Source: an uncultured Bacilli bacterium (GTDB lineage: Bacteria; Bacillota_I; Bacilli_A; RF39; UBA660). Taken from it: a stretch of DNA of 64,000 nt. Below the pieces are notes generated by a model. It searched no databases and was not told the origin of the DNA. It was given only the letters and a program-made list of their open reading frames with translations. Shown here piece after piece: positions 20,051 to 31,085 of the stretch (within the stretch, counting starts at the first letter, position 1; every line of letters begins with the position of its first letter). The position numbers and the translations under genes are program-made. The stretch covers positions 18,751 through 82,750 of the forward strand of contig CATYVZ010000003.1 of assembly GCA_958413985.1 (NCBI GenBank). Reading direction: 5' to 3'.

Positions 20051-21123
20051 AAGTAACTAATTCAGAATATGCTTGTCTATCTTCATTTTTAATGCGTTCG
20101 CTATTTTTCGGCCCAGCCATTTACAGTATATTACATTTTGCATTACAAGATGGTTGGATTAGCGTTATCCTTTCGTTTGTTTTAAGCTTTATTCCATTAA
20201 TAATTTATTATAAATTATTAAATCACAATCCTGATGATAATATCGTTACTTTAAACAATAAATTAGGAATAGTTGGTAAAATTATCAACATCATTTTAAC
20301 GATATTTGTCATCTTTCACGCTTGCTTAATTTTGTGGAATTTAACAAATTTTATTTATTCCCAATTTTTATTTCAAACACCACTATTTGTGATTGCCATT
20401 GTCCTTCTAATCGGAATATTTTATGTCAGTACCAAAAATTTAACAACTATTGCTAGAACTGGAACCATCTTTTTTATCATCAGTACTATATTATATATAA
20501 CAGCTGTCCTTTCATTAATTAAAGAATTTGATGTAAATGGACTTAAACCGATTTTAAATTCTGGTATCTTCCCAGTTTTAAAGGGAAGCTTTTCATCTTT
20601 AGGTCTTAACATTCTTCCTTTGTTTATAATCTTAATAATTCCTAAAAACGACATCAAAAATAACGATAAAGTTTTATCATCATTTTTTAAAGTATATACT
20701 TTTATATATTTATGCATGTTATTTGTATTGATTATCTGTGTCGCAATTTTAGGAATAGAACTTACTAATCTTTATCAATATCCAGAATACCATATTTTAA
20801 AAACTATTAATATCGCTAATTTTTTTCAAAGAGTTGAATCAATTCTTTCAATTCAATGGATATTCGATGCTGTTATGGCGATGTCTTTATGCATTTATTA
20901 TGCCAAAGAAAGTTTAACTAAAACCTTTAAATTTAAAAATAAATTTAATTTAATTAACATTATTGCCATCGTTATTATCTTATTTGTTTCTCAATATATT
21001 TTTAGTAGTAATACCGTTGCCGAAGCCTTTTATAAAAATATTTATCCATTTTTAACGTTTGGATTTTTCCTCATTGTTCCACTTATAATTCTAATAATTA
21101 CTAAAATCAAAAAAACAACATAG
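20047..21123 (+). CDS. Spore germination protein, GerAB (B-subunit, APC-transporter-like) family
   Basis: 358 aa polytopic membrane protein. Third gene of the ger operon. Confidence 0.75.
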   Translation: MKVTNSEYACLSSFLMRSLFFGPAIYSILHFALQDGWISVILSFVLSFIPLIIYYKLLNHNPDDNIVTLNNKLGIVGKIINIILTIFVIFHACLILWNLTNFIYSQFLFQTPLFVIAIVLLIGIFYVSTKNLTTIARTGTIFFIISTILYITAVLSLIKEFDVNGLKPILNSGIFPVLKGSFSSLGLNILPLFIILIIPKNDIKNNDKVLSSFFKVYTFIYLCMLFVLIICVAILGIELTNLYQYPEYHILKTINIANFFQRVESILSIQWIFDAVMAMSLCIYYAKESLTKTFKFKNKFNLINIIAIVIILFVSQYIFSSNTVAEAFYKNIYPFLTFGFFLIVPLIILIITKIKKTT

Positions 21124-21951
21124 CTATTCTAACCTTTTAGCTATGTTATAACCTATTAATAATAAAATTATTGCAATTATAGTCTCTAAAATACTATAAT
21201 TGTTTTTAAATGTTTGAAAAAACAATATTAAAATTGAACTTAATGTAAAACCGACAATGCCACAATACATATAATCTTTTTTATGTTCAAACAAATATGT
21301 CATCAATTTCGATAACATAATGACACATAGAATAATTCCCAACAAATAAGGTATTATTTTAAAAATATTAGCAAAAATTGCCGATATACTAGTCAAAGAA
21401 CTAAGGAACGACAATAGTAAATTATAACAACCCAAAAGCATCATCACTGCCGTACCACTAATACCAGGGATGATCATCGTTAAAGCATCGATAATTCCAA
21501 TGACAAAAAACACGATAAAATTAGCAATTTGACTATTAGTTTCAATAAAAAAATTTTGATTTCCAACTAATGAGATTAAAAAAACTGTGGAAAAACTTAA
21601 AATTAAAACTAAAACGTGAAAAAAATTTATTTTTTTTATTTTAATATTATCGACTAAACTAGGAATTCCCCCCATTATCAAACCTATGAACAACAGCATC
21701 GTCGGAAGATAATAATTATCGATAAAATATATTACTAGACCACTAGTTAAAGATATCGAAAGTAACAAACCTATTCCAATCGGCAATAAAAATAAAGAAT
21801 TTTTAATTGGATTTTTAAAAAAACCACTAATCGCTTTAATAGCCTTTTCATATATTCCAAAACTGATTGCAATTAAAGCTCCGCTTACTCCGGGAATTAT
21901 TTTAGCCATACCTATTATAAAACCTTTTAATACTAAAATCAAAAAATTCAT
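21124..21951 (-). CDS. DUF368-family polytopic membrane protein
   Basis: 275 aa with GFIIGMAKIIPGVSGALIAISFG and a second PGISGTA repeat, typical of DUF368. Confidence 0.55.
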   Translation of the reverse strand: MNFLILVLKGFIIGMAKIIPGVSGALIAISFGIYEKAIKAISGFFKNPIKNSLFLLPIGIGLLLSISLTSGLVIYFIDNYYLPTMLLFIGLIMGGIPSLVDNIKIKKINFFHVLVLILSFSTVFLISLVGNQNFFIETNSQIANFIVFFVIGIIDALTMIIPGISGTAVMMLLGCYNLLLSFLSSLTSISAIFANIFKIIPYLLGIILCVIMLSKLMTYLFEHKKDYMYCGIVGFTLSSILILFFQTFKNNYSILETIIAIILLLIGYNIAKRLE

Positions 21952-21985
21952 AAATCACCTCAAAAAAAGATGTTGTTATAACATC

Positions 21986-22990
21986 TTATTCAAAGTAATC
22001 TATTTTCATGTTCTTTCTTACCAATTTCATTTTTTTCTTAGCATAATTTTGGGCTTTCAAAGTTCCTTCTTTTAAAATATCATCAACTACATCTGAGTTT
22101 TGTTCATAATATTTTCTTTTTTCTCGAATTGGTTTTAAAAATTCTTGCATTTTATTAATAAGTTCTTTTTTACAAGCAACACAACCACGACTACCATTTT
22201 TACATTCTAAACAAACTGTCTTTAAATTATCTTTGTTAACCAACTTATGATAATAATAAACCATACATACTTCCGGATTTGCTTTATCATCTTTTTTTAT
22301 TTTATTAGGGTCAGTGATAGCCGACATAATTTTTTTAGAAATTGTTTCATCATCATCGATTAAATAGATCGCATTTCCTAAACTCTTACCCATTTTCTCA
22401 TTGCCATCTAGTCCTTTAATGCGCGTATTTTCAGTTAACATCTGTTCTGGTTCGACAAAAGTATTCCCATAAATAGTATTGAACTTTCTGACAATTTCAC
22501 GACATTGCTCTAAAAGAGGTAATTGATCTTCGCCAACTGGAACTAAGACCCCGTCAAAAATTGTTATATCAGCAGCCTGACTAACTGGGTACCCTAAAAA
22601 TCCATAAGTAACACTTTCACCACTGTGACCAAATATTTCTTTTTTTTGACTTATTTCAGTTTTAATGGTGGGATTACGATATAATCTAGAGATGGTTACT
22701 AAATTAGAAAAATAAACTGTCATCTCAGCTATTTCTGGTATCATCGATTGAATAAAAATTGTCACTTTGTTAGGATCGATACCACAAGATAATAAATCGG
22801 TAGTTAATTCTCTTACATTTTTTCTCACTTTATCAGGATTATTAAAATTATCTGTTAAGGCTTGAACATCAGCTATTTCAATATATGAATTATATTCTTC
22901 TTGTAATTTAACCCAATTAGAAACGGCCCCAAAATAATGACCTAAATGTAGGTTTCCAGTTGGTCTTATTCCTGTTAATATGTTTTTCAT
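21986..22990 (-). CDS. trpS: Tryptophan--tRNA ligase
   Basis: HIGH-type TGNLHLGHY and KMSKS-type KMGKSLGN motifs. 334 aa. Confidence 0.9.
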   Translation of the reverse strand: MKNILTGIRPTGNLHLGHYFGAVSNWVKLQEEYNSYIEIADVQALTDNFNNPDKVRKNVRELTTDLLSCGIDPNKVTIFIQSMIPEIAEMTVYFSNLVTISRLYRNPTIKTEISQKKEIFGHSGESVTYGFLGYPVSQAADITIFDGVLVPVGEDQLPLLEQCREIVRKFNTIYGNTFVEPEQMLTENTRIKGLDGNEKMGKSLGNAIYLIDDDETISKKIMSAITDPNKIKKDDKANPEVCMVYYYHKLVNKDNLKTVCLECKNGSRGCVACKKELINKMQEFLKPIREKRKYYEQNSDVVDDILKEGTLKAQNYAKKKMKLVRKNMKIDYFE

Positions 22991-22995
22991 TTATT

Positions 22996-24159
22996 TCACC
23001 TCACTACATATAAATAAATTGCTGCGGAAAATTCTTTTGGAAAAAAATTAAAAATGATATTTATTGGTTCATTATGACACAATTTAAGATATATGTATTT
23101 TGTAATAACAGCTTTATCTAATATTTTTTTTATTGCATCTAACTTGAACTTATCAAAGTTAACATTTTCAACTTCATTTAATTTTTTTAAAAGAAATTTA
23201 TTTAGTTTTCTAAAACTATAAATTTGATCGACCGGCATTTTAAAAATTTCCATCGTATTTTCAACTATTTTTTGAAAATTTTTTATCGCTTTTTCATCGT
23301 TGTTAAAATCTTTAAAATCGCCAAAATAACCTATTGTTTCACAAACATCTTTGATTTTATTCTTATATTTCAAATATAAATTTAAACTATCTTTTTTAAA
23401 GGTATATAACTCTCCTTCTAATCGATTAAACGTTTTCATTGTATCGTTATAACCCAAATTGATCATTCGTTTAGTAACTTTACTGTCAAACATTAAAAAT
23501 GAATCAAGTTTATTATTAGGTTTAATATTGGTTATATCAATATTTTTATCTTTAACTTGCCTTTTAATTCCTATTGCTCCTAAATCGACTGCAATAACTT
23601 CTTTAGCTCCTAAATCAATCGCTAGATTAATGGGAAAATTATCACAATAACCACCATCGATTAATAAATCATTTTCAACTTTAGTAGCTTTAAAAATAGG
23701 AAAACAAGTAGCTGAAGCTAAAATGTAATCTTTTAACTTTAAAGCGGTGGTATCAGATTTAGTAGCATAAATTGCTTTATTGGTTGTTAAGTTATATGCT
23801 ACGATTCCATATTTTATCTTCGAACGATATAATCTACGCGGATTGTAATATTTATCAATAATTAGTCTAATCTTTTCTGTATCAAGACCACCTTTGATCA
23901 TAGAATTAAAGTAAGCTAAATACATGGTTTTAGAATCGTCTACTTTTCCAAAGTTTTCATAAAGTAAATCATAATTTATTCTACGCCATAGTTTTAAACA
24001 CTTGTTGAGATCTTTTTGCACCATCATAAAACCGTTGATAGCACCGATTGAAGTCCCTGTTACTATGTCATATTTAATATGAAGTTTTTTTAATGCTTTC
24101 CAAACTCCTACCTCATATGCCCCTCTAGCACCACCGCCAGATAAAACAACTGCTAACAT
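22996..24159 (-). CDS. Patatin-like phospholipase
   Basis: GGGARG oxyanion motif and GTSIGA nucleophile elbow, with a DGG catalytic Asp motif. Confidence 0.75.
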   Translation of the reverse strand: MLAVVLSGGGARGAYEVGVWKALKKLHIKYDIVTGTSIGAINGFMMVQKDLNKCLKLWRRINYDLLYENFGKVDDSKTMYLAYFNSMIKGGLDTEKIRLIIDKYYNPRRLYRSKIKYGIVAYNLTTNKAIYATKSDTTALKLKDYILASATCFPIFKATKVENDLLIDGGYCDNFPINLAIDLGAKEVIAVDLGAIGIKRQVKDKNIDITNIKPNNKLDSFLMFDSKVTKRMINLGYNDTMKTFNRLEGELYTFKKDSLNLYLKYKNKIKDVCETIGYFGDFKDFNNDEKAIKNFQKIVENTMEIFKMPVDQIYSFRKLNKFLLKKLNEVENVNFDKFKLDAIKKILDKAVITKYIYLKLCHNEPINIIFNFFPKEFSAAIYLYVVR

Positions 24160-24162
24160 ATA

Positions 24163-25404
24163 TCATCTCCGTAAACTAGAATATATATATAAATTGATAT
24201 CTTTGTTAAATTCTAATTCTTGATAATCTATGATATTTCTCACACCAAAAATATCATTATATACTTGAATTATATTGCCGTTTACAAAATATATGTAATT
24301 ATCAACATAAAATACTGAGTCAATGCTTTTGGTACTGAATAAATGAATTAAGCTTTGTTGATCTTCACTTCTCATTCGATACACATTATATTGGTTATTG
24401 ACATTTTTATATAAATAATAATAATTACCTACTTTATCGATTCTTTCATATTGTGAATCCATATAATCGTTAGTATCTGTTATAAATTTTTTTTCTTCGT
24501 TAGCTTCGGCAACAGTCATGGTTGTCCAAGAGCCATTATAATACTTTATTTGATTAGTACTCAAAACAACAATCGTTTTATTGATAGGATCAATCTCGTA
24601 TTGAATCTTACTATCCTTATCATATAAATATATTTTATTGTCGACCACACCCTGAATATAACTATCAAAAGATATTACATTATTAGAAGTTATAACAAAA
24701 GTGTTCAAATTTACTAAATCGACAACATTTATTTTATTAAATTCATAATTTTCATTATAATCTGGCACAACATAATATTGACCAATAAACTGTCCTAATT
24801 TTTGTTTATAAACATCATTGTTGAATAAACTAATATTATAAACACTAGAATTAATATTACCACTTATCACATAAACACCTTTATAATTATTAAATCCTAT
24901 ATAATGATCTGATATTAAATTAGATTTATAAACATTTAATTGTTCGATTAAAGATGCACTAGCATTATCACTAAATTGTTCTATATTATATTGACCTATA
25001 TCTAATACAAAGTTGTCTAGGCTTTCATTTTGACCTTTTATATTATGATAAAAATTATATTCATTATCATTTAAACAGATCATATCTATTAAGACAAGAT
25101 TATCTTTAAAAATTGGCAAAATGCAATTATTATTTTTATCATAATGAATGTCGGTTAACACTTGTGAAGCCTTACCATAATCATGGAAAATTTCAAACCA
25201 GAATACCTTATTATCAACTGTTACAGTGTAATTATAACTATCAACTTTAGATGTGAAGTTTGATACTTCTTTAATTTCAAAAATAGACCCTTTAGATTCT
25301 ATTTCATAAACGTTGTCCTGTCCACTACTAAACCAGTAAAAAATAAATTGAATACCTAGATAAGCAATGAATAAAACTACTAACATTACAAATAATTTCT
25401 TCAT
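24163..25404 (-). CDS. Hypothetical membrane-anchored/secreted protein
   Basis: 413 aa. N-terminal TM segment and an Asn/Tyr-rich extracytoplasmic region. No recognised motifs. Confidence 0.4.
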   Translation of the reverse strand: MKKLFVMLVVLFIAYLGIQFIFYWFSSGQDNVYEIESKGSIFEIKEVSNFTSKVDSYNYTVTVDNKVFWFEIFHDYGKASQVLTDIHYDKNNNCILPIFKDNLVLIDMICLNDNEYNFYHNIKGQNESLDNFVLDIGQYNIEQFSDNASASLIEQLNVYKSNLISDHYIGFNNYKGVYVISGNINSSVYNISLFNNDVYKQKLGQFIGQYYVVPDYNENYEFNKINVVDLVNLNTFVITSNNVISFDSYIQGVVDNKIYLYDKDSKIQYEIDPINKTIVVLSTNQIKYYNGSWTTMTVAEANEEKKFITDTNDYMDSQYERIDKVGNYYYLYKNVNNQYNVYRMRSEDQQSLIHLFSTKSIDSVFYVDNYIYFVNGNIIQVYNDIFGVRNIIDYQELEFNKDINLYIYSSLRR

Positions 25405-25552
25405 ATTTTCACCTAAATTTATTATATATTATTTTTAAATATTTATCAATATAAGAAAAAATATTATACTTATTAAAAATAGGTATTTAATTCACACCCT
25501 TTTTAACTAGTGGAATATGCTATATTAGAAAATAAATGAAGGGGTGGATTAT

Positions 25553-25999
25553 ATGTGTAATAATGTAGACAATGATTCTTGCAAATGCATAGCCGAAATA
25601 TTGACCGTTATAAATATTTTACAACAAAATGCTAACTGCTGTGGTGATGCATGCTTAGATACCTGTGATCGTGGCTTTTTAGGTTGTGGAACTACTACTT
25701 TTAACTGTAACACTAGACCAATAATGCTATATACATGCTGTGGAAATGGAACTCCTTGGAGTATGCCTACAACCAAAGAAAACATTGATTGTACCACAAC
25801 TCCGGGAAGTTGCTCAAGCGTTTTCCGTGTTGAAAAAGTAGATGGTTGCTGTGCAACTTTTAGAGTGTTAGCAGCAAACCCAGATTCTACACAAGCAGCA
25901 ACAATACCTTATGTATCAACAAATTCTTTTTTCACAATGAATTTAAACTGTGTATGTAGTTTAAAATGTTTACAAGATACATTTGTAGAATGTATATAA
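25553..25999 (+). CDS. Cysteine-rich spore coat/exosporium protein, CotY/CotZ family
   Basis: The Cys-rich sequence has CSSVFRVEKVDGCCATFRVL and CVCSLKCL blocks matching Bacillus CotZ (NTVFFRVERVHGSCATL, CFCAINCL). ATG at 25553 with a GAAGGGG RBS. The ORF track starts at an upstream GTG (25544). Confidence 0.6.
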   Translation: MCNNVDNDSCKCIAEILTVINILQQNANCCGDACLDTCDRGFLGCGTTTFNCNTRPIMLYTCCGNGTPWSMPTTKENIDCTTTPGSCSSVFRVEKVDGCCATFRVLAANPDSTQAATIPYVSTNSFFTMNLNCVCSLKCLQDTFVECI

Positions 26000-26104
26000 T
26001 ACTAAAACAACGAATTCAATCGTTGTTTTTTATTCATACAAAAATTTAATAATTAGTTGCCTAATAAGGCAGAAAAACTATCCGTGAGGATAGAATGTCA
26101 AAAT

Positions 26105-26428
26105 TTATTTTGGATTTTGTTCAAACTCAATATCTAAGATATCAGCAATTTTGATAACCTCATTATCCATCGTAATTAATTCGTTACGATTACGGCCAAT
26201 AATTTTTTTATTCAATTTGCCATTTTTAGTTGTAATAACGACATCAGCTTTATATACATAACGCGAAGAACCAAAAATCTGATTTATCTTTTGATTAATC
26301 GAAAAAAAGGAATTAGTTTTAGATGGTTCTTCTTTTCTGTCTTCATTTTTTTCATAGTAAACTGTCTCATTGTTTTTTAATGGTTTATCAATTTTATTTG
26401 CAAAAACTTTCGGTAATTTTTTTTCCAT
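26105..26428 (-). CDS. Small hypothetical protein downstream of polC
   Basis: 107-aa ORF with weak resemblance to YabP/YqfC-type sporulation proteins (VVITTKNGKL...IIGRNRNELITMDNEVIKI). Confidence 0.3.
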   Translation of the reverse strand: MEKKLPKVFANKIDKPLKNNETVYYEKNEDRKEEPSKTNSFFSINQKINQIFGSSRYVYKADVVITTKNGKLNKKIIGRNRNELITMDNEVIKIADILDIEFEQNPK

Positions 26429-26483
26429 ATAACACCTCTAATAAATTATATTAAATTCATTTTAAAATATACGAAAAAGTCAA

Positions 26484-29400
26484 TTAAAACAAACTTAATT
26501 GACTAGATTCATCTAAATTATCTAAAATATGAATGTTTCGCATTTTTTCAATTATCGTACTAGAAATTTTAGCTCTTTTTTGCAAATCTTCAATACTTAA
26601 AAATGGACATTTCCCTCTTTCCTCGACAATAGCTTTAGCGACAGTTATACCAAGACCATCAATAGCATTAAAAGGTGGGATTAAGTTACCATCTTCATCT
26701 AAAGTAAAAGTCGTAGCTTCACTTTTTTGAAGATCAATATTATCAAACTTTAAACCTCTTGCTGTCATTTCTAAAGCTATTTTTAAACATTCTAAAACGC
26801 CAGTTTCTTTATTACTTGCATCATAACCCTTATTAGTTATTTCGATTACTTTGGCCTTAATTGCATCATATCCTTTAATCATTGTTTCAATATCAAAATC
26901 AGTAGCTTTAGTAGAAAACCATGAAGCATAAAAATAAGCAGGATAGTGTACTTTATAATAAGCTATTCGAAAGGCACTAATAACATAAGCAGTAGCATGA
27001 GCTTTAGGGAACATATATTTAATTTTACGACAAGAATCGATATACCAATCTTCGATTCCTATCGCTTTCATCTCTTTTTCAAATACAGCCCAACCCTCTG
27101 GGTCCTTACTAGCTTTACCCTTACGAACAAACTCCATAATTTTAAAAGCCATTAACGGTTTCATGCCTTTTTGCATTAGATAAACCATGATATCATCACG
27201 ACAACCAATTACATCTTTAAATGGAACAATATTATTTTTTATTAATTCCTGGGCATTGCCTAACCAAACATCAGTACCGTGTGATAAACCAGAAATTTTG
27301 ATCAATTCGGCAAAAGTAGTCGGTTTAGTTTCTGCAACTAATCCAATCGTGAAAGGAGTTCCAAATTCTGGTATTCCTAAAGTACCCGTTTCGTTTAAAA
27401 TTTGCTCTTTTGTTACACCTAATGGCTCCGATGATAAGAATATTCCCATTGTCTGTTTATCATCTAATGGTACTTTTGTAACATCATGACCAGATAAATC
27501 TTGAATTAATCTTAGTTGAGTTGGATCAGAATGACCTAAAATATCTAATTTTAACACATCTTGATCGATAGCGTGGTAATCAAAGTGCGTAGTTCTCCAA
27601 GGGCTCGTTGGATCATCAGCCGGATATTGAAACGGTGTGAAGTCAAAAACATCCATATATCCAGGTATTACTACAATCCCTCCTGGATGTTGACCAGTTG
27701 TTCTTTTAACGCCCGTACATCCCATCGCTAATCTTTCAATTTCAGCAGTTTTTTTAATAATGCCTTTATCTTCACAATAACCTTTGACAAAACCAAACGC
27801 TGTTTTATCGGCGACTGTACCGATCGTTCCAGCTCGATATACATTATCTTCGCCAAACAATACTTTCGTATAATCGTGAGCTGCTGCTTGATTTAAATCT
27901 GAAAAGTTCAAATCAATATCTGGTACTTTATCAGCGTTAAAACCTAAAAAGGTGGCAAATGGCATATCGTTACCATCTTTTATCATTTTACTTTTACATT
28001 TTGGACAATCATGATCAGGCAAATCAAAACCAGAAGAATATTTGTTAGCTAAAGGTTGCCCATCCAATTCAAAAATACTATGTTTACAAAGAGGACAACG
28101 ATAGTGTGCAGGTAGCGGATTTACTTCGGTAATTCCCATCATCGTTGCCACAAAACTTGAACCAACCGAACCTCGCGAACCAACTAAATAACCATCATCG
28201 TTAGATTTTTTTACTAATTTCTGCGCAATTAAATAAATAACATCAAAGCCACCACCGATAATGCCACCTAAAGTTTTCTTCAATTTTTTTTCTAATTCTT
28301 GATCAGATAATTCCGGTTCAGCTATCTTTAACTCTTGTTTAATTTTATCTTTAACGGCATCGAATCCTTTGATAATTGTCTCGTGCAAAAGTTTAAACGA
28401 TTCTTCAGTTGCATTTTCAACATTAGTACGTTTTAATTCTGCTTTAATACTATCGAATATCCCATCACCATATAATTCTTTAGCAATTCTTTCTTCAATA
28501 TTATGAGGAAGGGGATCCCCATACCAATCTTTAGCTTTATCGTAAACTAATTCAGTCACAGTTTCAACTGACTTATCGATTTTAGGGGAGAATGGTACAC
28601 CACCAGTTTCAATTATAACCTCGACAATTTCGATCAAATCAGCAATTTTATTAGGATTGGTAATTATGATTTCTTTCTTTATTTCATCATCTAAAAAATC
28701 AAAGTTTTCTAACATCTCTTCAGTCGTTCGAAGATGTTGGGATGGTATATCAGTGATATTATTTCGCGCTAATGGATGACGACCACCACCCGGAACCTTT
28801 TGGTTGACGATAATTTCTCTAAATATTTTATCTTCTTTATATAGATGATGAACATCACCAGTTGCTACTATCAGTTTACCAGACTCTTTAGTAACTCTAA
28901 TAATTTTACGTATATGCTCCATCAATTCACCCATCGATTGAAAATCACCAGATTGCAAAAGATGATTGTAGACATCCAACGGTTGAACTTCAACATAATC
29001 ATAAAATTTTATGATATTAGATAATTCTTCGTCACTTTTACTTTTTGCTTCGATAAAAACTTCGCTTTCATAACAGCCACTACCTAACAACAAGCCTTCT
29101 CTTAATTCGTTTAAAACACTACGCAAAATTCTTGGTGTTTTATAAAGATATTTCGTATTGGCATAAGATATTAATTTAAATAAATTTTTTAAACCGATCT
29201 TATTTTTAACTAAAACATTGACATGATAGGTACGACCAAATTTATGAATTTCACTTTTATCGATCATATTGTTTAACTGTGAAATTTTTTCGACGTTTTG
29301 ACTAGATAGTTTCTGCATCATTTTATGAAAAACTAAAGCGGTCCCTTCGGCATCGTAATCAGCTCGATGGTGAGCATCCTCATCCCATGGGACATCATAT

Positions 29401-31004
29401 CTTTTAACTAATGCGGTTAAATTGTGACGCGAATAATTACTATCTAATACTCGAGACAATTCTAAAGTATCTATAACTGTATTTTTAAATTCACCTAGAT
29501 TATATTTTTGATAACACATTTCTAAAAATGAAACATCAAACTTAGCATTGTGTGCTACCATCGGCAAGTCACCATACCAAGAAATAAATCTTTTGATCGC
29601 GTTTTCCTCGTTATCTTTATCAATCAACATCTCATCGGTAATATTAGTTAACTCAATAATTTTATTAGGTAACTTACGGCCAGGATTAATCAATTCATTA
29701 AAGCGATCGATAATTTCTCCATTACAGATTTTAACCGCACCAATTTCAATAATCGTATCCCCACCACCAGCATTAAAACCGGTTGTTTCAAAATCGAAAA
29801 CGACATAAGTATTATCTAATAAAATTGTATCATTTTCTCTTAAGACAATATTGACACTATCGTCAACTAAAGTAAATTCTGCTCCATATAAAACCTTAAA
29901 TTTATCTTTTTCATCTTTACCCTTATTTAAATCGCAAACAGCGTGATAAACATCAGGAAAAGCTTGAACACTATTATGATCAGTGACAGCAATAGCCCGA
30001 TGCCCCCATTCATAAGCCTGTTTTATTAATTTAGTAGCATCAACTACTCCGTCCATCTGACTCATCATGGTATGAGTATGTAATTCTACTCTTTTTTCTA
30101 AAGCATTATCTAGCGGTCTTTCTATTTTTTTATCGACAAGATTAATATCTCTTACATTTAAAACAATCTCATTTGAATATTTATCAAACTTAGTATAACC
30201 TCTAAATTTATACCATTTATTTTCCTTAATATGTTTTTTGTAAAAGTCAAAATCATTTTGTTCTTTGACAAACACTTTAGCATAAACACTGTCATTAAAA
30301 TCCGTCAACTTTAGAGTAAAAATCTTAAAATTATTTTTACTTGACTCAAAAATATCGATGCCAAAAATATATGCCTCGACAGCCACATTATCTTCTTCGA
30401 TTGCCAAATCACTCAGCTGATGTGTAGTTTTAGGAATATAGCTACCCATAATTTCGATAATTTCTTTTTTGACAACTGGTATTTCCACAGTTTTGTCCTT
30501 GGCAATTTCTTCTCTAATTTCAATATTTTTAGTATCATTGATGACTATTGCCATTTTAATGTTATCATATCCTAACGAACGTAATAGTTCTATTATTTCG
30601 CCTTCGATCGATTCTAATTTCATCTTTTCCGCTTTATTAGCTACTTCAACTGTAAATTCATCATCTGTAATCTTTGTTATATTATCCAAAAATATTTCTA
30701 ATAAAGGATTCTCTTTTAATTTGGTGTTGATTAAATAACGAAAATAATCTTTTATATAATCTTTTTCTTTATTAGCAACATTAAAAGAAACTTTAATTTT
30801 ATAATTGGCAAAAGCTTGTTTTAAGCCGGATAAAAACTTAAGATACACATCGATAGGTAAAGTTTTTTTAATATCTATATAAAAATGATAACTTGTTTTA
30901 GATTTGTTACCAACTATTTTATTTAATTGGCCATCACTAAAAAAATTAAATAATTCTTTATCTAATTTAGCTTGATTTAATAATATGTCTAGTTTGTCCT
31001 GCAT
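26484..31004 (-). CDS. polC: DNA polymerase III alpha subunit, PolC type (PHP, 3'-5' exonuclease, polymerase domains)
   Basis: 1506 aa. DnaQ-like exonuclease block FDFETTG...HNAKFD...HRADYDAEGT inserted in PHP/pol III alpha, which is Gram-positive PolC architecture. Confidence 0.95.
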   Translation of the reverse strand: MQDKLDILLNQAKLDKELFNFFSDGQLNKIVGNKSKTSYHFYIDIKKTLPIDVYLKFLSGLKQAFANYKIKVSFNVANKEKDYIKDYFRYLINTKLKENPLLEIFLDNITKITDDEFTVEVANKAEKMKLESIEGEIIELLRSLGYDNIKMAIVINDTKNIEIREEIAKDKTVEIPVVKKEIIEIMGSYIPKTTHQLSDLAIEEDNVAVEAYIFGIDIFESSKNNFKIFTLKLTDFNDSVYAKVFVKEQNDFDFYKKHIKENKWYKFRGYTKFDKYSNEIVLNVRDINLVDKKIERPLDNALEKRVELHTHTMMSQMDGVVDATKLIKQAYEWGHRAIAVTDHNSVQAFPDVYHAVCDLNKGKDEKDKFKVLYGAEFTLVDDSVNIVLRENDTILLDNTYVVFDFETTGFNAGGGDTIIEIGAVKICNGEIIDRFNELINPGRKLPNKIIELTNITDEMLIDKDNEENAIKRFISWYGDLPMVAHNAKFDVSFLEMCYQKYNLGEFKNTVIDTLELSRVLDSNYSRHNLTALVKRYDVPWDEDAHHRADYDAEGTALVFHKMMQKLSSQNVEKISQLNNMIDKSEIHKFGRTYHVNVLVKNKIGLKNLFKLISYANTKYLYKTPRILRSVLNELREGLLLGSGCYESEVFIEAKSKSDEELSNIIKFYDYVEVQPLDVYNHLLQSGDFQSMGELMEHIRKIIRVTKESGKLIVATGDVHHLYKEDKIFREIIVNQKVPGGGRHPLARNNITDIPSQHLRTTEEMLENFDFLDDEIKKEIIITNPNKIADLIEIVEVIIETGGVPFSPKIDKSVETVTELVYDKAKDWYGDPLPHNIEERIAKELYGDGIFDSIKAELKRTNVENATEESFKLLHETIIKGFDAVKDKIKQELKIAEPELSDQELEKKLKKTLGGIIGGGFDVIYLIAQKLVKKSNDDGYLVGSRGSVGSSFVATMMGITEVNPLPAHYRCPLCKHSIFELDGQPLANKYSSGFDLPDHDCPKCKSKMIKDGNDMPFATFLGFNADKVPDIDLNFSDLNQAAAHDYTKVLFGEDNVYRAGTIGTVADKTAFGFVKGYCEDKGIIKKTAEIERLAMGCTGVKRTTGQHPGGIVVIPGYMDVFDFTPFQYPADDPTSPWRTTHFDYHAIDQDVLKLDILGHSDPTQLRLIQDLSGHDVTKVPLDDKQTMGIFLSSEPLGVTKEQILNETGTLGIPEFGTPFTIGLVAETKPTTFAELIKISGLSHGTDVWLGNAQELIKNNIVPFKDVIGCRDDIMVYLMQKGMKPLMAFKIMEFVRKGKASKDPEGWAVFEKEMKAIGIEDWYIDSCRKIKYMFPKAHATAYVISAFRIAYYKVHYPAYFYASWFSTKATDFDIETMIKGYDAIKAKVIEITNKGYDASNKETGVLECLKIALEMTARGLKFDNIDLQKSEATTFTLDEDGNLIPPFNAIDGLGITVAKAIVEERGKCPFLSIEDLQKRAKISSTIIEKMRNIHILDNLDESSQLSLF

Positions 31005-31085
31005 AATACCACCATAATAATTGTATCAAATTTAAGTTCTTTTTTAAATAGTTTCGTTAGGAATTAAGAAAAAAAACTAATATAC